The position numbers and the translations under genes were made by a program. The notes beneath the pieces are model-generated. The model saw only the letters and a list, made by a program, of their open reading frames with translations. It made no database searches and was not told where the DNA came from. DNA of 64,000 nt from an uncultured Eubacteriales bacterium (GTDB taxonomy: Bacteria; Bacillota; Clostridia; Oscillospirales; CAG-272), in contig URCP01000002.1 in the NCBI GenBank assembly GCA_900546315.1, positions 19,314-83,313 of the forward strand, read 5' to 3'. Positions 9,960 through 19,351 of the stretch are shown in pieces; positions within the stretch are counted from its first letter, which is position 1; each line of letters opens with the position of its first letter.

Positions 9960-9988
9960 ATTATACCATAACCGCGCCACCAAGGCAA
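9960..9988 (-). promoter_or_regulatory. putative sigma-A promoter for the DMT-Gfo-SBP unit
   Basis: The minus strand reads TTGCCT-N17-TATAAT with an extended -10 (TGGTATAAT), about 20 nt upstream of the 9938 start. Confidence 0.5.
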
Positions 9989-10029
9989 TAAAAAAATCCC
10001 ACCCGATCATGGAATTTTTCTCCATATTG

Positions 10030-10058
10030 TTGAAAACCTCTGCCGGATATGGTATAAT
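10030..10058 (+). promoter_or_regulatory. putative sigma-A promoter for the divergent AraC gene
   Basis: TTGAAA-N17-TATAAT with an extended -10 (TGGTATAAT), 49 nt upstream of the ATG at 10107. Confidence 0.5.
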
Positions 10059-10106
10059 AAAAAAGCCGGGCAACATTGGCCCGGACAAAAGCAAAGGAGA
10101 ACTATT

Positions 10107-10916
10107 ATGAGGCAGACAGGTCCCAACATATGTAAATATGTTACCAGACAGTCGGACGAGCAGCTGACGACGATAAATTTCGTGCTTGAACAGAACGCCG
10201 CGGTCGACGGTATAAAACAGCTGCGGTCATGCGATATAATGTACCTGATGGTCGGCGGAAGCGGGCGGCTCGTAACCGATACGCAGAGCTTCGAGCTCAC
10301 GGCGGGAACCCTGTTCTTCACGTTCACCGGGGTTCCGTACACCATCATAGATACCGACAACATGGTATATATGTATATAAGCTACCGCGGGCGGCGCGCG
10401 TCCGAGCTTTACGGTCAGTTCGACATATCGCAGTCGAGGTGTGTATTTCCCGGGTACTCTGGTCTCGTGTCCTTCTGGAAGAACGCTATCGGGCGTGCTG
10501 CCGAGCGGAACCTTGATCTTATAAGCGAGAGCGTTCTCCTCTATTCCTTCTCCAGAATGACAAAGCCGGACGGACAGAGCAGGGAGAATCTGACTGAGAA
10601 GATGATCCATATGATAGAGACGGAGTTCACGGACAGCGGCTTCACCCTCGACTCGTGCGCCGAGAAACTTGGATATAACGCGAAGTATATCTCACGGATA
10701 TTCAGACATGGGGCAGGCGTCACTTTTTCGGAATATCTCAGGGACGCGCGCATAAGACACGCGATATTCCTGATTGAGCAGGGGGTCAGTGTTGTCAAGA
10801 ATGTCGCGATTCTCTCGGGATATAGTGACCCTCTGTATTTTTCGAATGTGTTTCACCAATCGGTCGGAGTCCCTCCGAGCGAATATATCCTGCGCCACGG
10901 CAAACAGGATGATTGA
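10107..10916 (+). CDS. AraC family transcriptional regulator (N-terminal cupin-like sensor, C-terminal HTH)
   Basis: The C-terminus LGYNAKYISRIFRHGAGVTFSEYLRDARIRHAIFLIEQG...ILSGYSDPLYFSNVFHQSVGVPPSEY is a canonical AraC HTH pair. AAAGGAGA SD upstream. Confidence 0.85.
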   Translation: MRQTGPNICKYVTRQSDEQLTTINFVLEQNAAVDGIKQLRSCDIMYLMVGGSGRLVTDTQSFELTAGTLFFTFTGVPYTIIDTDNMVYMYISYRGRRASELYGQFDISQSRCVFPGYSGLVSFWKNAIGRAAERNLDLISESVLLYSFSRMTKPDGQSRENLTEKMIHMIETEFTDSGFTLDSCAEKLGYNAKYISRIFRHGAGVTFSEYLRDARIRHAIFLIEQGVSVVKNVAILSGYSDPLYFSNVFHQSVGVPPSEYILRHGKQDD

Positions 10917-10921
10917 CCGGT

Positions 10922-12724
10922 TCACGTCTCCGCTGTCTTATAATACTTAGCCTGCGCCATATAAAACGAATTGTAATCCGGGCAGGTCTTCATCAGTTCC
11001 TCATGCTTTCCGCTCGCCGCGATGTGGTTATCTTTAATGAAAACGACGGTGTCCGCGAGAGCGGCGCTCAGCAGGCGGTGCGACACGTAGAATATCATCC
11101 GCCCGGCGGAGATCGACTGGAGCAGCCCGAAGAACTCGTCCTCGGCAAGCGGGTCGAGCGCCGACGACGGCTCGTCGAGCAGCAATATCCGCGCGTCCCT
11201 GAAAAGCGCCCGGGCGATTGACAGTCTCTGGAGCTGACCGCCGGACATTATGACGCCGTTCTCGTCGAATTCCTTTCCAAGCTGAGTGTCGACGCCGTCC
11301 GGCAGACCGGCTATGTAATCGCCCATCCCGAGGTCGGAGAGTATCGACGTTATTTTTTCTTTCTGTTCCGCGCTGCCGTCGTATCTGTCGAGCGCGATGT
11401 TTTCCGCTATGCTCATCGCGAAGACGTGCGTCTGCTGGAACACCGACGAGAACATTCCGCGGTACGCGTCAATGTCAAAATCACGTATCGGCATGCCGTT
11501 ATAGGTTATCCTGCCGTCTGTGACGTCGTACAGACGACCTATCAGGTTGAGCAGTGTCGTCTTTCCCGCGCCGTTCGCGCCGATGACGGAGTATACCTTT
11601 CCGAGATGGAATGAGTAATCAATATTTCTGAGCACCTCCGGACCGTCGTCGCTGTAGCGGAACGACACGTTCTCAAGTCTTATCTCCGCCGTGTCAGAGG
11701 CAGGGATTTCCTTTATAAGCCCGTCGCCCTTCCAGCTCTCGATGTTCGATTTCAACCCCATGAAGTCGACCCACGCGCGGATATACCTCGATTCGTTCGT
11801 GAAATACGTGAAAAAGTCCATGACGCTCTTTATCGACGCCGTCAGCTGTCCCGTCGCCTGAAAGCCCTGTGTGAACATACCGATAGTGATCTTCCCGGCG
11901 AGCACGCGGAACGCGAGATAGAGGTATATCGCGTAATCCTTTATTATCGACAATATTTCGACCGGGGCAGTCACGCCCGCGACGTAGTTGTTCAGCTTCT
12001 GTTCATTCGCGAGCAGCTCGCCGTACTTTTTCTCGTGCTTCGCGACGAGCCAGTCGTGTATGCGGAAGAAGCGTATCTCCTTGCGGAAGTCCTTGTTGCT
12101 GAAGACCCCGGCGAAGTAGTTTTCCGCGCGGAACAGCGTTTCGGAGTACATATGATTCTCAAACACGCGCTTTTCGATATGAGCCGACACAATAACCGAC
12201 GCGACCGCGAAGACGACCGATATCGGGACAAGCCAGAGATTCACCTCGGCGAGGATAATGATAGTCGTTATAAGCATCGGTATCGCGGAAAAAAGCCTCA
12301 TGACGCGGTTTGTGACCTGATTTATAGTCCCGCGGTTGTTGACCTCCGCCGCGAGAGCCGACAGGTCATGCACGGCGGGAGATTCCACCTGCGCCATGTC
12401 GAGCTCCGCCATCTTTGAGGTGCGCTCAATCCGCACGTGGTTCTGGAGGTGCGACAGACGGAAGCCGAGTGTCTCGGTTATCTTCTCGACGACACAGATA
12501 AATATCGCCGATATTGCCATAACGGCGACGCATATGATGATTTTCGTGATATTCCGGTCCCCGACGAACTCATCGAGGATTATCTTCGGGAGCCAGAGCA
12601 TCAGCACGGCCGCCGCCGCGTTGCATATCTGCGAAAAGACCGAGAGCATGAAATACCCCGGGTCAAGCCGGAAGAGCCGGGATATATATTTGAATACAAG
12701 TGAGACTTTTCCGAAAAATATCAT
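10922..12724 (-). CDS. ABC transporter, fused permease/ATP-binding protein (exporter type)
   Basis: N-terminal 6-TM domain. Walker A GANGAGKTT, signature SGGQLQRLSIARAL, Walker B ILLLDEPSSALD. The ATG at 12724 with GGGAGAA SD is preferred over the TTG at 12730. Confidence 0.85.
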   Translation of the reverse strand: MIFFGKVSLVFKYISRLFRLDPGYFMLSVFSQICNAAAAVLMLWLPKIILDEFVGDRNITKIIICVAVMAISAIFICVVEKITETLGFRLSHLQNHVRIERTSKMAELDMAQVESPAVHDLSALAAEVNNRGTINQVTNRVMRLFSAIPMLITTIIILAEVNLWLVPISVVFAVASVIVSAHIEKRVFENHMYSETLFRAENYFAGVFSNKDFRKEIRFFRIHDWLVAKHEKKYGELLANEQKLNNYVAGVTAPVEILSIIKDYAIYLYLAFRVLAGKITIGMFTQGFQATGQLTASIKSVMDFFTYFTNESRYIRAWVDFMGLKSNIESWKGDGLIKEIPASDTAEIRLENVSFRYSDDGPEVLRNIDYSFHLGKVYSVIGANGAGKTTLLNLIGRLYDVTDGRITYNGMPIRDFDIDAYRGMFSSVFQQTHVFAMSIAENIALDRYDGSAEQKEKITSILSDLGMGDYIAGLPDGVDTQLGKEFDENGVIMSGGQLQRLSIARALFRDARILLLDEPSSALDPLAEDEFFGLLQSISAGRMIFYVSHRLLSAALADTVVFIKDNHIAASGKHEELMKTCPDYNSFYMAQAKYYKTAET

Positions 12725-12758
12725 TGTCAATTCTCCCGTCGGCGATTGATAAAACCAG

Positions 12759-13538
12759 TTATTCCGCCGCTTTCACAAGCGAATGAAAATCAAGGGGATC
12801 CTCCGCCTTTTGGCACAGTTCGATCAGCGCGTCGTGGCCCTTGCGGACATCAAAACAGGCAACCCTGGCGTTTCCGAGCGTGGAATAGCTCATAACCCCT
12901 TTTTTGTCAAGATAATCCCCGAGCAGCGGGAAATCAACTGAGCTCCAATAAAAACTCGTATTCATATGCAGAAGCTCGTAACGTCTGCCGTCGGCGTCTG
13001 TCGCTACCGCGTCAAAATAAAGATCCGGGTTATCAGGAAACGGGTTGACTTCCTCATCAATCGAGTGCATATAAGTGTTGCGCTCAAGACCGACCCCGAT
13101 CAGCAGTACTCTGGCGTCTTCATCATAAAATCTGCCCCACACCCCATCAACAGGGGTTCTCGAGCGGGTGTTTTCTTCGCCGGTCACATAATCCTTCGCG
13201 CGCTTTCCGAAGACCGCGACCGAGTGAGTCGGATGCAGCGAGCGGATAGCGTTGCCGCGTCTGAACGTCTCTTTCGCGCAGATCTGCGGAAATACCCCGA
13301 TATTCGGGACAGATTCGCGGACATCGTATACCGGGTTATCGCGGTTGATCACTGCCCATGTATGAGTCGGAACAATAAGAAGCCCTTCAGGAAGCAATTC
13401 TGTATAGTAATCGAGCAGTCCTTCTGCTCCGCCCTCAATTCCGCCGATGCTTTTCAGCGAGGTATGGACAGCGACCGTGCTGTCAGGGCATATTCCGAGT
13501 TCGTCAAACATTTTTTCTACGTCTTGCCTGTTTATCAT
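12759..13538 (-). CDS. aminoglycoside 3-N-acetyltransferase (AAC(3)/Antibiotic_NAT) family protein
   Basis: The 259-aa protein begins MINRQDVEKMFDELGICPDSTVAVHTSLKSIGGIEGGAEGLLDYY...LIVPTHTW, which is the characteristic AAC(3) N-terminal pattern. Confidence 0.7.
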   Translation of the reverse strand: MINRQDVEKMFDELGICPDSTVAVHTSLKSIGGIEGGAEGLLDYYTELLPEGLLIVPTHTWAVINRDNPVYDVRESVPNIGVFPQICAKETFRRGNAIRSLHPTHSVAVFGKRAKDYVTGEENTRSRTPVDGVWGRFYDEDARVLLIGVGLERNTYMHSIDEEVNPFPDNPDLYFDAVATDADGRRYELLHMNTSFYWSSVDFPLLGDYLDKKGVMSYSTLGNARVACFDVRKGHDALIELCQKAEDPLDFHSLVKAAE

Positions 13539-13584
13539 AATATTATCTCCATTATTGATCGGCGTTCATTCCGGCTCCGCTGCA

Positions 13585-14268
13585 TCAGATCATCAATGAA
13601 TATGACTGATAGCGGTACTTTCCTCTGCCGATATTTTTTTCGTTCACGCTTCCGGTGCGCTCGGCGATTATATAGCGTGGACGGGATTTGACCTCAAGAT
13701 ACAGCTTACCTATATATTCGCCTATGATCCCGAGGCAGAGAAGCTGTACCCCGCATAAAAAACAGATTATACAGGTCATCGAAGCCCAGCCGGTGACCGT
13801 TCTGCCGGAAAAATATCTGACAAACGACCAGATTATTCCGGCAAAGCTGAGCAGAGCCACAGCGATTCCAAGTCCGGTTATCAGACGAAGCGGCTTTGTT
13901 GACAGACTTGTTATTCCGTCAAGCGCAAGCGAAAGCATCTTCACGAGCGGATAATGACTCTTCCCCGCGGCGCGTTTCTTTCGCTCATAGGCGACGCAGG
14001 AGCTTCGGAAGCCGATAAGAGGTATCATGCCGCGCAGGAAGATATTCACCTCGCGGTATCAGGCAAGTTCATCAAGAACACGCTTCGATAGCAGGCGATA
14101 ATCCGCGTGATCGTATACCACCTCCGCGCTGAGCAGACGCATAAAGCGGTAAAAGCCTCTTGCCGTCGTACGTTTGAAGAAGCTGTCACTCTCACGTGAG
14201 CTGCGCACCCCATAGACGATATCTGAGCCTGAGAGATATTCTCTGACCATATCATCCATCGTGTCCAT
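13585..14268 (-). pseudogene. GT2 polyprenyl-phosphate glycosyltransferase (GtrB/CsbB-like) remnant with an in-frame TGA and a disrupted 5' part
   Basis: ORFs 14059-14268 and 13585-14049 are in the same frame, separated only by the TGA at 14059-14061 (...VLDELA*YREVNIFLRGMIP...). Together they match the GtrB pattern DIVYGVRSSRESDSFFKRTTARGFYR...FLRG...AAGKSHY...DGITSLSTKPLR... plus 2 C-terminal TMs and IIGEYIGKLYLEVKSRPRYII. The frame is closed upstream by the TAG at 14275-14277, and the canonical N-terminal DxD domain is not intact. Confidence 0.7.
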
Positions 14269-15833
14269 ATCATCCTAACCATATCAGCCTGGTTCACTTC
14301 GCCAAGATGCGTCTGCGGAGGATCCGCGACCGCTAAGATATCGCATTTGAACAGCGCGTCGCTCCAACCGTCCCGCTGATCCACATCGGGCAGATAGACG
14401 AGATAGCTGCGAGGTGTATCCGATACTCTTGGCAGTGATAGCGAGGCTTCCGAGTTCAGCAGCATATCCTGATTCAGTGTGAACGAGGACGCCAGAAGAC
14501 CGACGTGCAGTCCCTTCGCGCCGAGACTGTCAAGATATCGCAGCAGCCCGACCACGGTCATGGCGTCTGATCTTTTCGGCGGAGACCAGCTGAAGGACGG
14601 CAGCATAGTCGGTTTTTTCAGTTCCTGTAGCGACGCTGGCTGTATGCGCGGGATGAACGGTGAAAGCGACACTATGAGCGACATCCCTGCTGCCGTCAGC
14701 GCCGTCGTATATTGCTTTGATCCATGGAGGTTGGCTTCGAGTCTGCCTGAGACAAGTATAATCATACACATGAACGCCGGAGCATACATCAGCAGATGCT
14801 GTTGACCGTGCGTCTGCACCCGGACAAACAGACAAAAACAGAGAACCGACCAGATCATCAGAAAAGCCGCGTCACATCGTTGACCCTTTGAAAACAGCAG
14901 ACATATACCCGCAGCGAAAAATAATATTAACGGTGTTATCCCGAAATACCGGAAAAGCAGCAGAATATCTTTGTCAAGTCCGATCTTGTAAGCAACATAC
15001 AGCGAACTGTAGTCGGCGAGAAGCTTTGTCGATACCAGCCTCTGGAAAAAGAACAGCAGTGTGAAGGCAAATCCTCCGACGTCGACAAAGCCGATCATTA
15101 CCGAATATAACAGCATCGGCGTGAACAGCAGTGTGATCGTCGTGATGATGAGCCGGTGTTTTGTATAGCGCTTTGCCATATACCAGACCAGCACGCAGAC
15201 CGGCAGGTATCCGAAATTCGCGATCGACGACAGGAAAATATAGCGGGAGGAACCGAGCAGACGTACGCAAACTATTGCCGGAAGTATGATAAGATAGTTG
15301 TAGTCGAGCGTCAGAACCGAGTCGAAAACGACCTTGAGCAGCCTTTTCGTTCCCTCGTTTTTCCACAGTTCGGCAAGTTCACGCGAGACAGACCAATACC
15401 CGGCGTTGTCCCAGTAGTATATGGTCGAGCTGTTTTTTGCGTATATGAAGACGAGAAGATTCACCGCCGCAAGAATCGTTGCGATAAAGCATATGTCTCC
15501 GCGGGTCACGGAACGCAAAACCGACTTTATACTTGCGAATATCCTCCTCAGAGCCGGAAGATTCAGCAGTATGAAGATAGCCAGCAGAAGTCCGCCGCCG
15601 AACAGATAGAGTGTCTCAGTTATGCCGCTCATCGTGACATCAGAGCCCTCGAGAGCCCGCGAGGTCAGATAATCACGCCATAGAAACACAATACCAGTGC
15701 AGCATACCAGGATCAGCGCGTCGGCGTACAGCGGCAGACCAATATAGTCACGCACCTGTTTGGCAGATGGCGCGAACACAAAAGCCGCCGCGGCGAGCAG
15801 GGCGGTGAACAGCAGAAGCGCCCATACAGGCAA
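14046..15833 (-). CDS. polytopic membrane protein, possibly a GT-C-like glycosyltransferase partner of the adjacent GT2; probably disrupted at both ends
   Basis: More than 10 predicted TM segments. The ORF-track start is a TTG. A good ATG at 15949 with a GAAAGG SD is one frame off and would be joined by adding 1 base in the A6 run at 15880-15885. The last roughly 80 codons run out of frame across the GT2 remnant. Function is inferred only from adjacency to the GT2 gene. Confidence 0.45.
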   Translation of the reverse strand: MPVWALLLFTALLAAAAFVFAPSAKQVRDYIGLPLYADALILVCCTGIVFLWRDYLTSRALEGSDVTMSGITETLYLFGGGLLLAIFILLNLPALRRIFASIKSVLRSVTRGDICFIATILAAVNLLVFIYAKNSSTIYYWDNAGYWSVSRELAELWKNEGTKRLLKVVFDSVLTLDYNYLIILPAIVCVRLLGSSRYIFLSSIANFGYLPVCVLVWYMAKRYTKHRLIITTITLLFTPMLLYSVMIGFVDVGGFAFTLLFFFQRLVSTKLLADYSSLYVAYKIGLDKDILLLFRYFGITPLILFFAAGICLLFSKGQRCDAAFLMIWSVLCFCLFVRVQTHGQQHLLMYAPAFMCMIILVSGRLEANLHGSKQYTTALTAAGMSLIVSLSPFIPRIQPASLQELKKPTMLPSFSWSPPKRSDAMTVVGLLRYLDSLGAKGLHVGLLASSFTLNQDMLLNSEASLSLPRVSDTPRSYLVYLPDVDQRDGWSDALFKCDILAVADPPQTHLGEVNQADMVRMIWTRWMIWSENISQAQISSMGCAAHVRVTASSNVRRQEAFTALCVCSARRWYTITRIIACYRSVFLMNLPDTAR

Positions 15834-16014
15834 GCCGAAACCCCACGCCTGAATAAGGAAAGCCTTGCATTTTACAGATAAAAAATACCGATTATTCCGC
15901 CGCCGAGCGCCGCTGCCAAGCGACCGGCGCAGTGTGCCGCGAGTTTCATTTATGATTATACCTTTCTACTGTGCTGCAATGGCAAAAGTGTATACTGGAT
16001 CGTAATTAAAGATG

Positions 16015-16046
16015 AGTCCCGTACATTGATAAGAATGTGCGGGACT
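16015..16046 (-). terminator. probable terminator of the LPXTG gene
   Basis: 13-bp stem AGTCCCGTACATT / AATGTGCGGGACT (one G-U pair) with a 6-nt loop, 8 nt after the stop at 16054. The minus strand then reads TCTTTAATT. Confidence 0.5.
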
Positions 16047-16053
16047 GCACCAT

Positions 16054-17832
16054 TTATTTGTCGTTCTTTTTCTTCCTGCCGACGGCAATGAAGGCTCCGC
16101 CGCAGATGACGCAGATTATACCGATCGTGACCGGGAGTTTATATCCGATGCCGCCGGTGTGCGGGAGCTTCACGTTCGCGAAGTTGACTGTGATGTCGCG
16201 GTCGCAGGTGAAACTATATGACTTATCGCTCTTGGCATAACCTTCAGGAGCCTCTGATTCGACAAGCTCATAGTTTCCGGCTTCGAGTCCGCTGAAAACA
16301 CAATACCCGTTATCATCGGTAGTACCTGTTGCGATTGGAGTCGCGGTTTCACCTTCAACTTTGTTGAGAATGAATGTTGCACCGGCAAGACCTTTCGTTT
16401 GGTTTTCCTGATCATACTTGAAGACCGTGACGGTATACAGACCGACTGTCACGGGAGTCTTTACTGTCGGTGTGAGCTTTGACTCATCGCTGTATGGTCC
16501 GTAGTTTATATACGCCGTGTCGGTGTATTGTCCGCTTAGCCGACCTTCCTTCGGGACCGCGTCAAAGGTCAGGACAACATCCGGCGGGGTTGTTGTTACA
16601 TCTTCAAGAGTGTAATAGCCTTTATTATACAGTTCGACAAGGTTTACTCTCAACTCAAACGTACAGCCATCTGTCAGGTTATCATATTCGACTGTATACA
16701 GGCTATTGTCAATTTCTTTCGATTTGACAGTCAGTTTGAGACTTTCTGGGTCAATACTCAGTTTTGAATCGAGCGTATTATGGAAGACGAGCATATATGT
16801 GCCGCGCTTATTTGCGGACTGGACGCGCTGTACGGACGGACCATCCACAGCCCCGGTGAATGGAATATAATCTCCGATACATTGTGGTACATTTGTGGTT
16901 ATCCTGAACGTGACCTTATTATTGTCCGCGTCGATACTGCCGTCGACCTTGATTCCGACGGAGCTTGTCTTCTGGTCGCTCTCACCGGGATCCGGGTCAG
17001 TACTGCCGGAATCCGTGAAGATGAGCTTATTTTCAGCGTCAAGCGTCGGTTTGTATCCGCTTTGCCCGTCGAGAGAGAAGGCGTTTACCGAGGCTTTGTC
17101 GGTCGCGAGGATATCTCCGGTTGCGGCGATCCCGGTGGCGTTGTCTGTCATATCAATGCCTATATTGCCGGTGAGTTTATCAATGACATTTACCGGAGAT
17201 GCTGAACGGAGGTTGGAATCTTTATTGTCTGCTTTGTTGCCGATAATAGTTGTGCTTCCGGAAACATTGATTTTGCCGTCGCCGGTCACGCGTACTCCGC
17301 CGCCGGTACAGTTTGTTACGGTTACGTCTTTCAGTGTCAGGGTTCCACCGGTTATTTCTATTCCGGCAACTGGATATGAACCTGCCCCATCAATTTTTAG
17401 AGATGCCAATGTAGTGGAACCAGAAATAGCAGTGAAAGGTGTGGTACCTTTATTCGTGATTTCGATATTTTCGGTGGAACCTATGAGCCATACATTATTG
17501 TAGTCATGCAAATCAATCGTAACGTTTTCTGGTATACTGAAACTTTTTGTGATAAAAATCACAGTATTGTTGCTCTGTAAAGCTCCTGCCAATGTCTGCA
17601 CATCCAATATTGGGTTGATAGTGTCAATACAGTCTTCCAATATCTGCTTATCAGAAATAACCGCTTTATAAGCAATTACATCATCACTTTGCGAAACTTT
17701 GAATGTGTCGCTGCTGTCAAACGGGTTCACAAGCGTAATATTTTCCTCCGCCGCGACTCCCATACACAAAATCCCTGCCAGAACCATGAACATGGCAAAG
17801 AATAAAACCGAACAAACTGCTGTGCGTTTCAT
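16054..17832 (-). CDS. LPXTG-anchored surface protein: N-terminal beta-helix-like region, pilin-like isopeptide domain and SpaA/Cna-B-type domain
   Basis: Signal peptide MKRTAVCSVLFFAMFMVLAGILCMGVAA. C-terminal sorting signal LPHTGG plus TM plus GRKKKNDK. GLAGATFILNKVEGETATPIATGTTDDNGYCVFSGLEAGNYELVESEAPEGY is a typical prealbumin-like Cna-B/SpaA domain. GGTLTLKDVTVTNCTGGGVRVTG is beta-helix-like. Confidence 0.8.
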   Translation of the reverse strand: MKRTAVCSVLFFAMFMVLAGILCMGVAAEENITLVNPFDSSDTFKVSQSDDVIAYKAVISDKQILEDCIDTINPILDVQTLAGALQSNNTVIFITKSFSIPENVTIDLHDYNNVWLIGSTENIEITNKGTTPFTAISGSTTLASLKIDGAGSYPVAGIEITGGTLTLKDVTVTNCTGGGVRVTGDGKINVSGSTTIIGNKADNKDSNLRSASPVNVIDKLTGNIGIDMTDNATGIAATGDILATDKASVNAFSLDGQSGYKPTLDAENKLIFTDSGSTDPDPGESDQKTSSVGIKVDGSIDADNNKVTFRITTNVPQCIGDYIPFTGAVDGPSVQRVQSANKRGTYMLVFHNTLDSKLSIDPESLKLTVKSKEIDNSLYTVEYDNLTDGCTFELRVNLVELYNKGYYTLEDVTTTPPDVVLTFDAVPKEGRLSGQYTDTAYINYGPYSDESKLTPTVKTPVTVGLYTVTVFKYDQENQTKGLAGATFILNKVEGETATPIATGTTDDNGYCVFSGLEAGNYELVESEAPEGYAKSDKSYSFTCDRDITVNFANVKLPHTGGIGYKLPVTIGIICVICGGAFIAVGRKKKNDK

Positions 17833-18217
17833 TTTACATAATCTGTCCTTTCGTTCTGAATATGTATCCGCAGCTCTGCCCGGTTTCTTTTTTCCGGCAA
17901 TTGAAAACTGACGGATAGTATTCTGTTATTTTTCGATATGCGTGTCGGGGTTCTTCGCCCTGATTCGTGTTTTTTCGACATATCGTTTCTGTAATATATT
18001 ATACACGCGTTCAGACAAAAAGTCAATATATCTCGTTCATATTTTTGCGTCAGCGAGCGGATTTTACATTCCGTTCATATTTTGGAGCGTATATAATAAA
18101 TATATCCGCCACCAATGAACTGTGATTGTATTCTCCGGCGATTGAGTCAATCTGATGGCGTTTCTGCCGGGGTTGTTTCGGGATTCAGAGGACAGGCTTA
18201 ACAGGACAGGAGTACGG

Positions 18218-19336
18218 CTATCTGATGCGGACCTCACTTGTGGATTCATTTGAAAGCACTGGCTGAGGATCTCCGACAAAATCCTGATGTATATCGCTGA
18301 TCGTCATGTCGCTGACAGCTGCTCCGCGGCTTATGCGTATCGCCGGTGCCTTTGTCATCTCGTTTTTCTCATGCCTGTAAACACGCTCCAACGTGATATT
18401 CCGGCAGTTTGTTCCGGACTCAAACCAGACCTGTGAATTGTTGATGACTGCCGGAATCTGATCTTCCGGCGCGTATCCTGTGCTCTTTGACACATACAGA
18501 TCCGAGAGATGGATATTTTCAAGCAGAACCGGCTTATCCTCGTGCAGCGGATAGTGGTGGGTGAATGATACCGCGAAAAGTCTGAACGCTCCGTGAACAT
18601 TCCTGATGTTTATATTCCGCACGGCGTCTCCGCGCGATAGCAGCCGGATCCCGGTGTATCCGTTCTCACAGAAGATTCCGTCAATATCTATATCCTCAAT
18701 GTCTCCCCGTGTGATCTCGCTCCTCGTCGTTCCGTTGGCGCAGAGCGCGACGTGATCGTCATTGCAGTCGCCCATGATATTGCGTATCACGCCAAAACGC
18801 GCGGGACCCTGAATATGAACGCCATCCATGTTCGGTTTCGACAGATCGTAATCAAAATGAACGTTCTCGACCGTGAAGTATCTGGCATCCGCTATATGTA
18901 TGCCATATGACGTCGGGTCACGCAGTATGATGTCACGGACAACAAGATGCTCGGTGTGAACGAGTCTTATCATCAGCACAATCAGCGAATTCGAGATATA
19001 CTTGTCATAGTCGCAGGGGAGATCCTCGACCGGTATCCATTCGCGCTCCTGTGCGGCGTTGTTGCCGTCCCAGATACCGCCCTCGATCGTGATATTGCGG
19101 TTCACGCGGCGCTCATACAGACCGTCATTGTCGAGGAGCGAGCAGTTCACGTGATCCGCGAGCCGCAGAACCGCGTTTCTCGCGACTATCAGATGCGTGT
19201 CATCATGAATTATCAGCGGTCTCGATATCAGATATCTTCCGTCCGGCACCCGGACCTCTCCTCTTTTATCGAGGAGAGCCTGGAGCGCCGCCGTGTCGTC
19301 ATGTATGCCGTCTTTCCACAGCTTTATCTCATCCAT
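18218..19336 (-). CDS. right-handed parallel beta-helix protein (GH28-related / pectate-lyase-fold glycosidase)
   Basis: The N-terminus DGIHDDTAALQALLDKRGEVRVPDGRYLISRPLII is typical of the pectate_lyase_3/GH28-related family. No signal peptide. Starts 15 nt after the SBP stop. Confidence 0.6.
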   Translation of the reverse strand: MDEIKLWKDGIHDDTAALQALLDKRGEVRVPDGRYLISRPLIIHDDTHLIVARNAVLRLADHVNCSLLDNDGLYERRVNRNITIEGGIWDGNNAAQEREWIPVEDLPCDYDKYISNSLIVLMIRLVHTEHLVVRDIILRDPTSYGIHIADARYFTVENVHFDYDLSKPNMDGVHIQGPARFGVIRNIMGDCNDDHVALCANGTTRSEITRGDIEDIDIDGIFCENGYTGIRLLSRGDAVRNINIRNVHGAFRLFAVSFTHHYPLHEDKPVLLENIHLSDLYVSKSTGYAPEDQIPAVINNSQVWFESGTNCRNITLERVYRHEKNEMTKAPAIRISRGAAVSDMTISDIHQDFVGDPQPVLSNESTSEVRIR

Positions 19337-19351
19337 ATTCTGTTTCTCCCG

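Noticed and set aside
14059-14061. The in-frame TGA in the GT2 gene read as selenocysteine or programmed readthrough.
   Set aside because: The position is not a catalytic Cys-equivalent in GtrB-type enzymes. I noticed no SECIS-like hairpin immediately downstream. The gene is also disrupted at its 5' part, so a nonsense mutation in a pseudogene is more parsimonious.
14290-14700. The C-terminal extracytoplasmic part of the 595-aa membrane ORF interpreted as the missing N-terminal GT2 domain, which would make one giant fusion protein.
   Set aside because: Only faint resemblances exist (DGWSDALFK versus FGKEPALFA, ADPPQ versus DLQDP). The DDGS/DxD signatures are absent. This is not enough to assert the fusion, so it is left as an open question in the glycosylation-locus finding.
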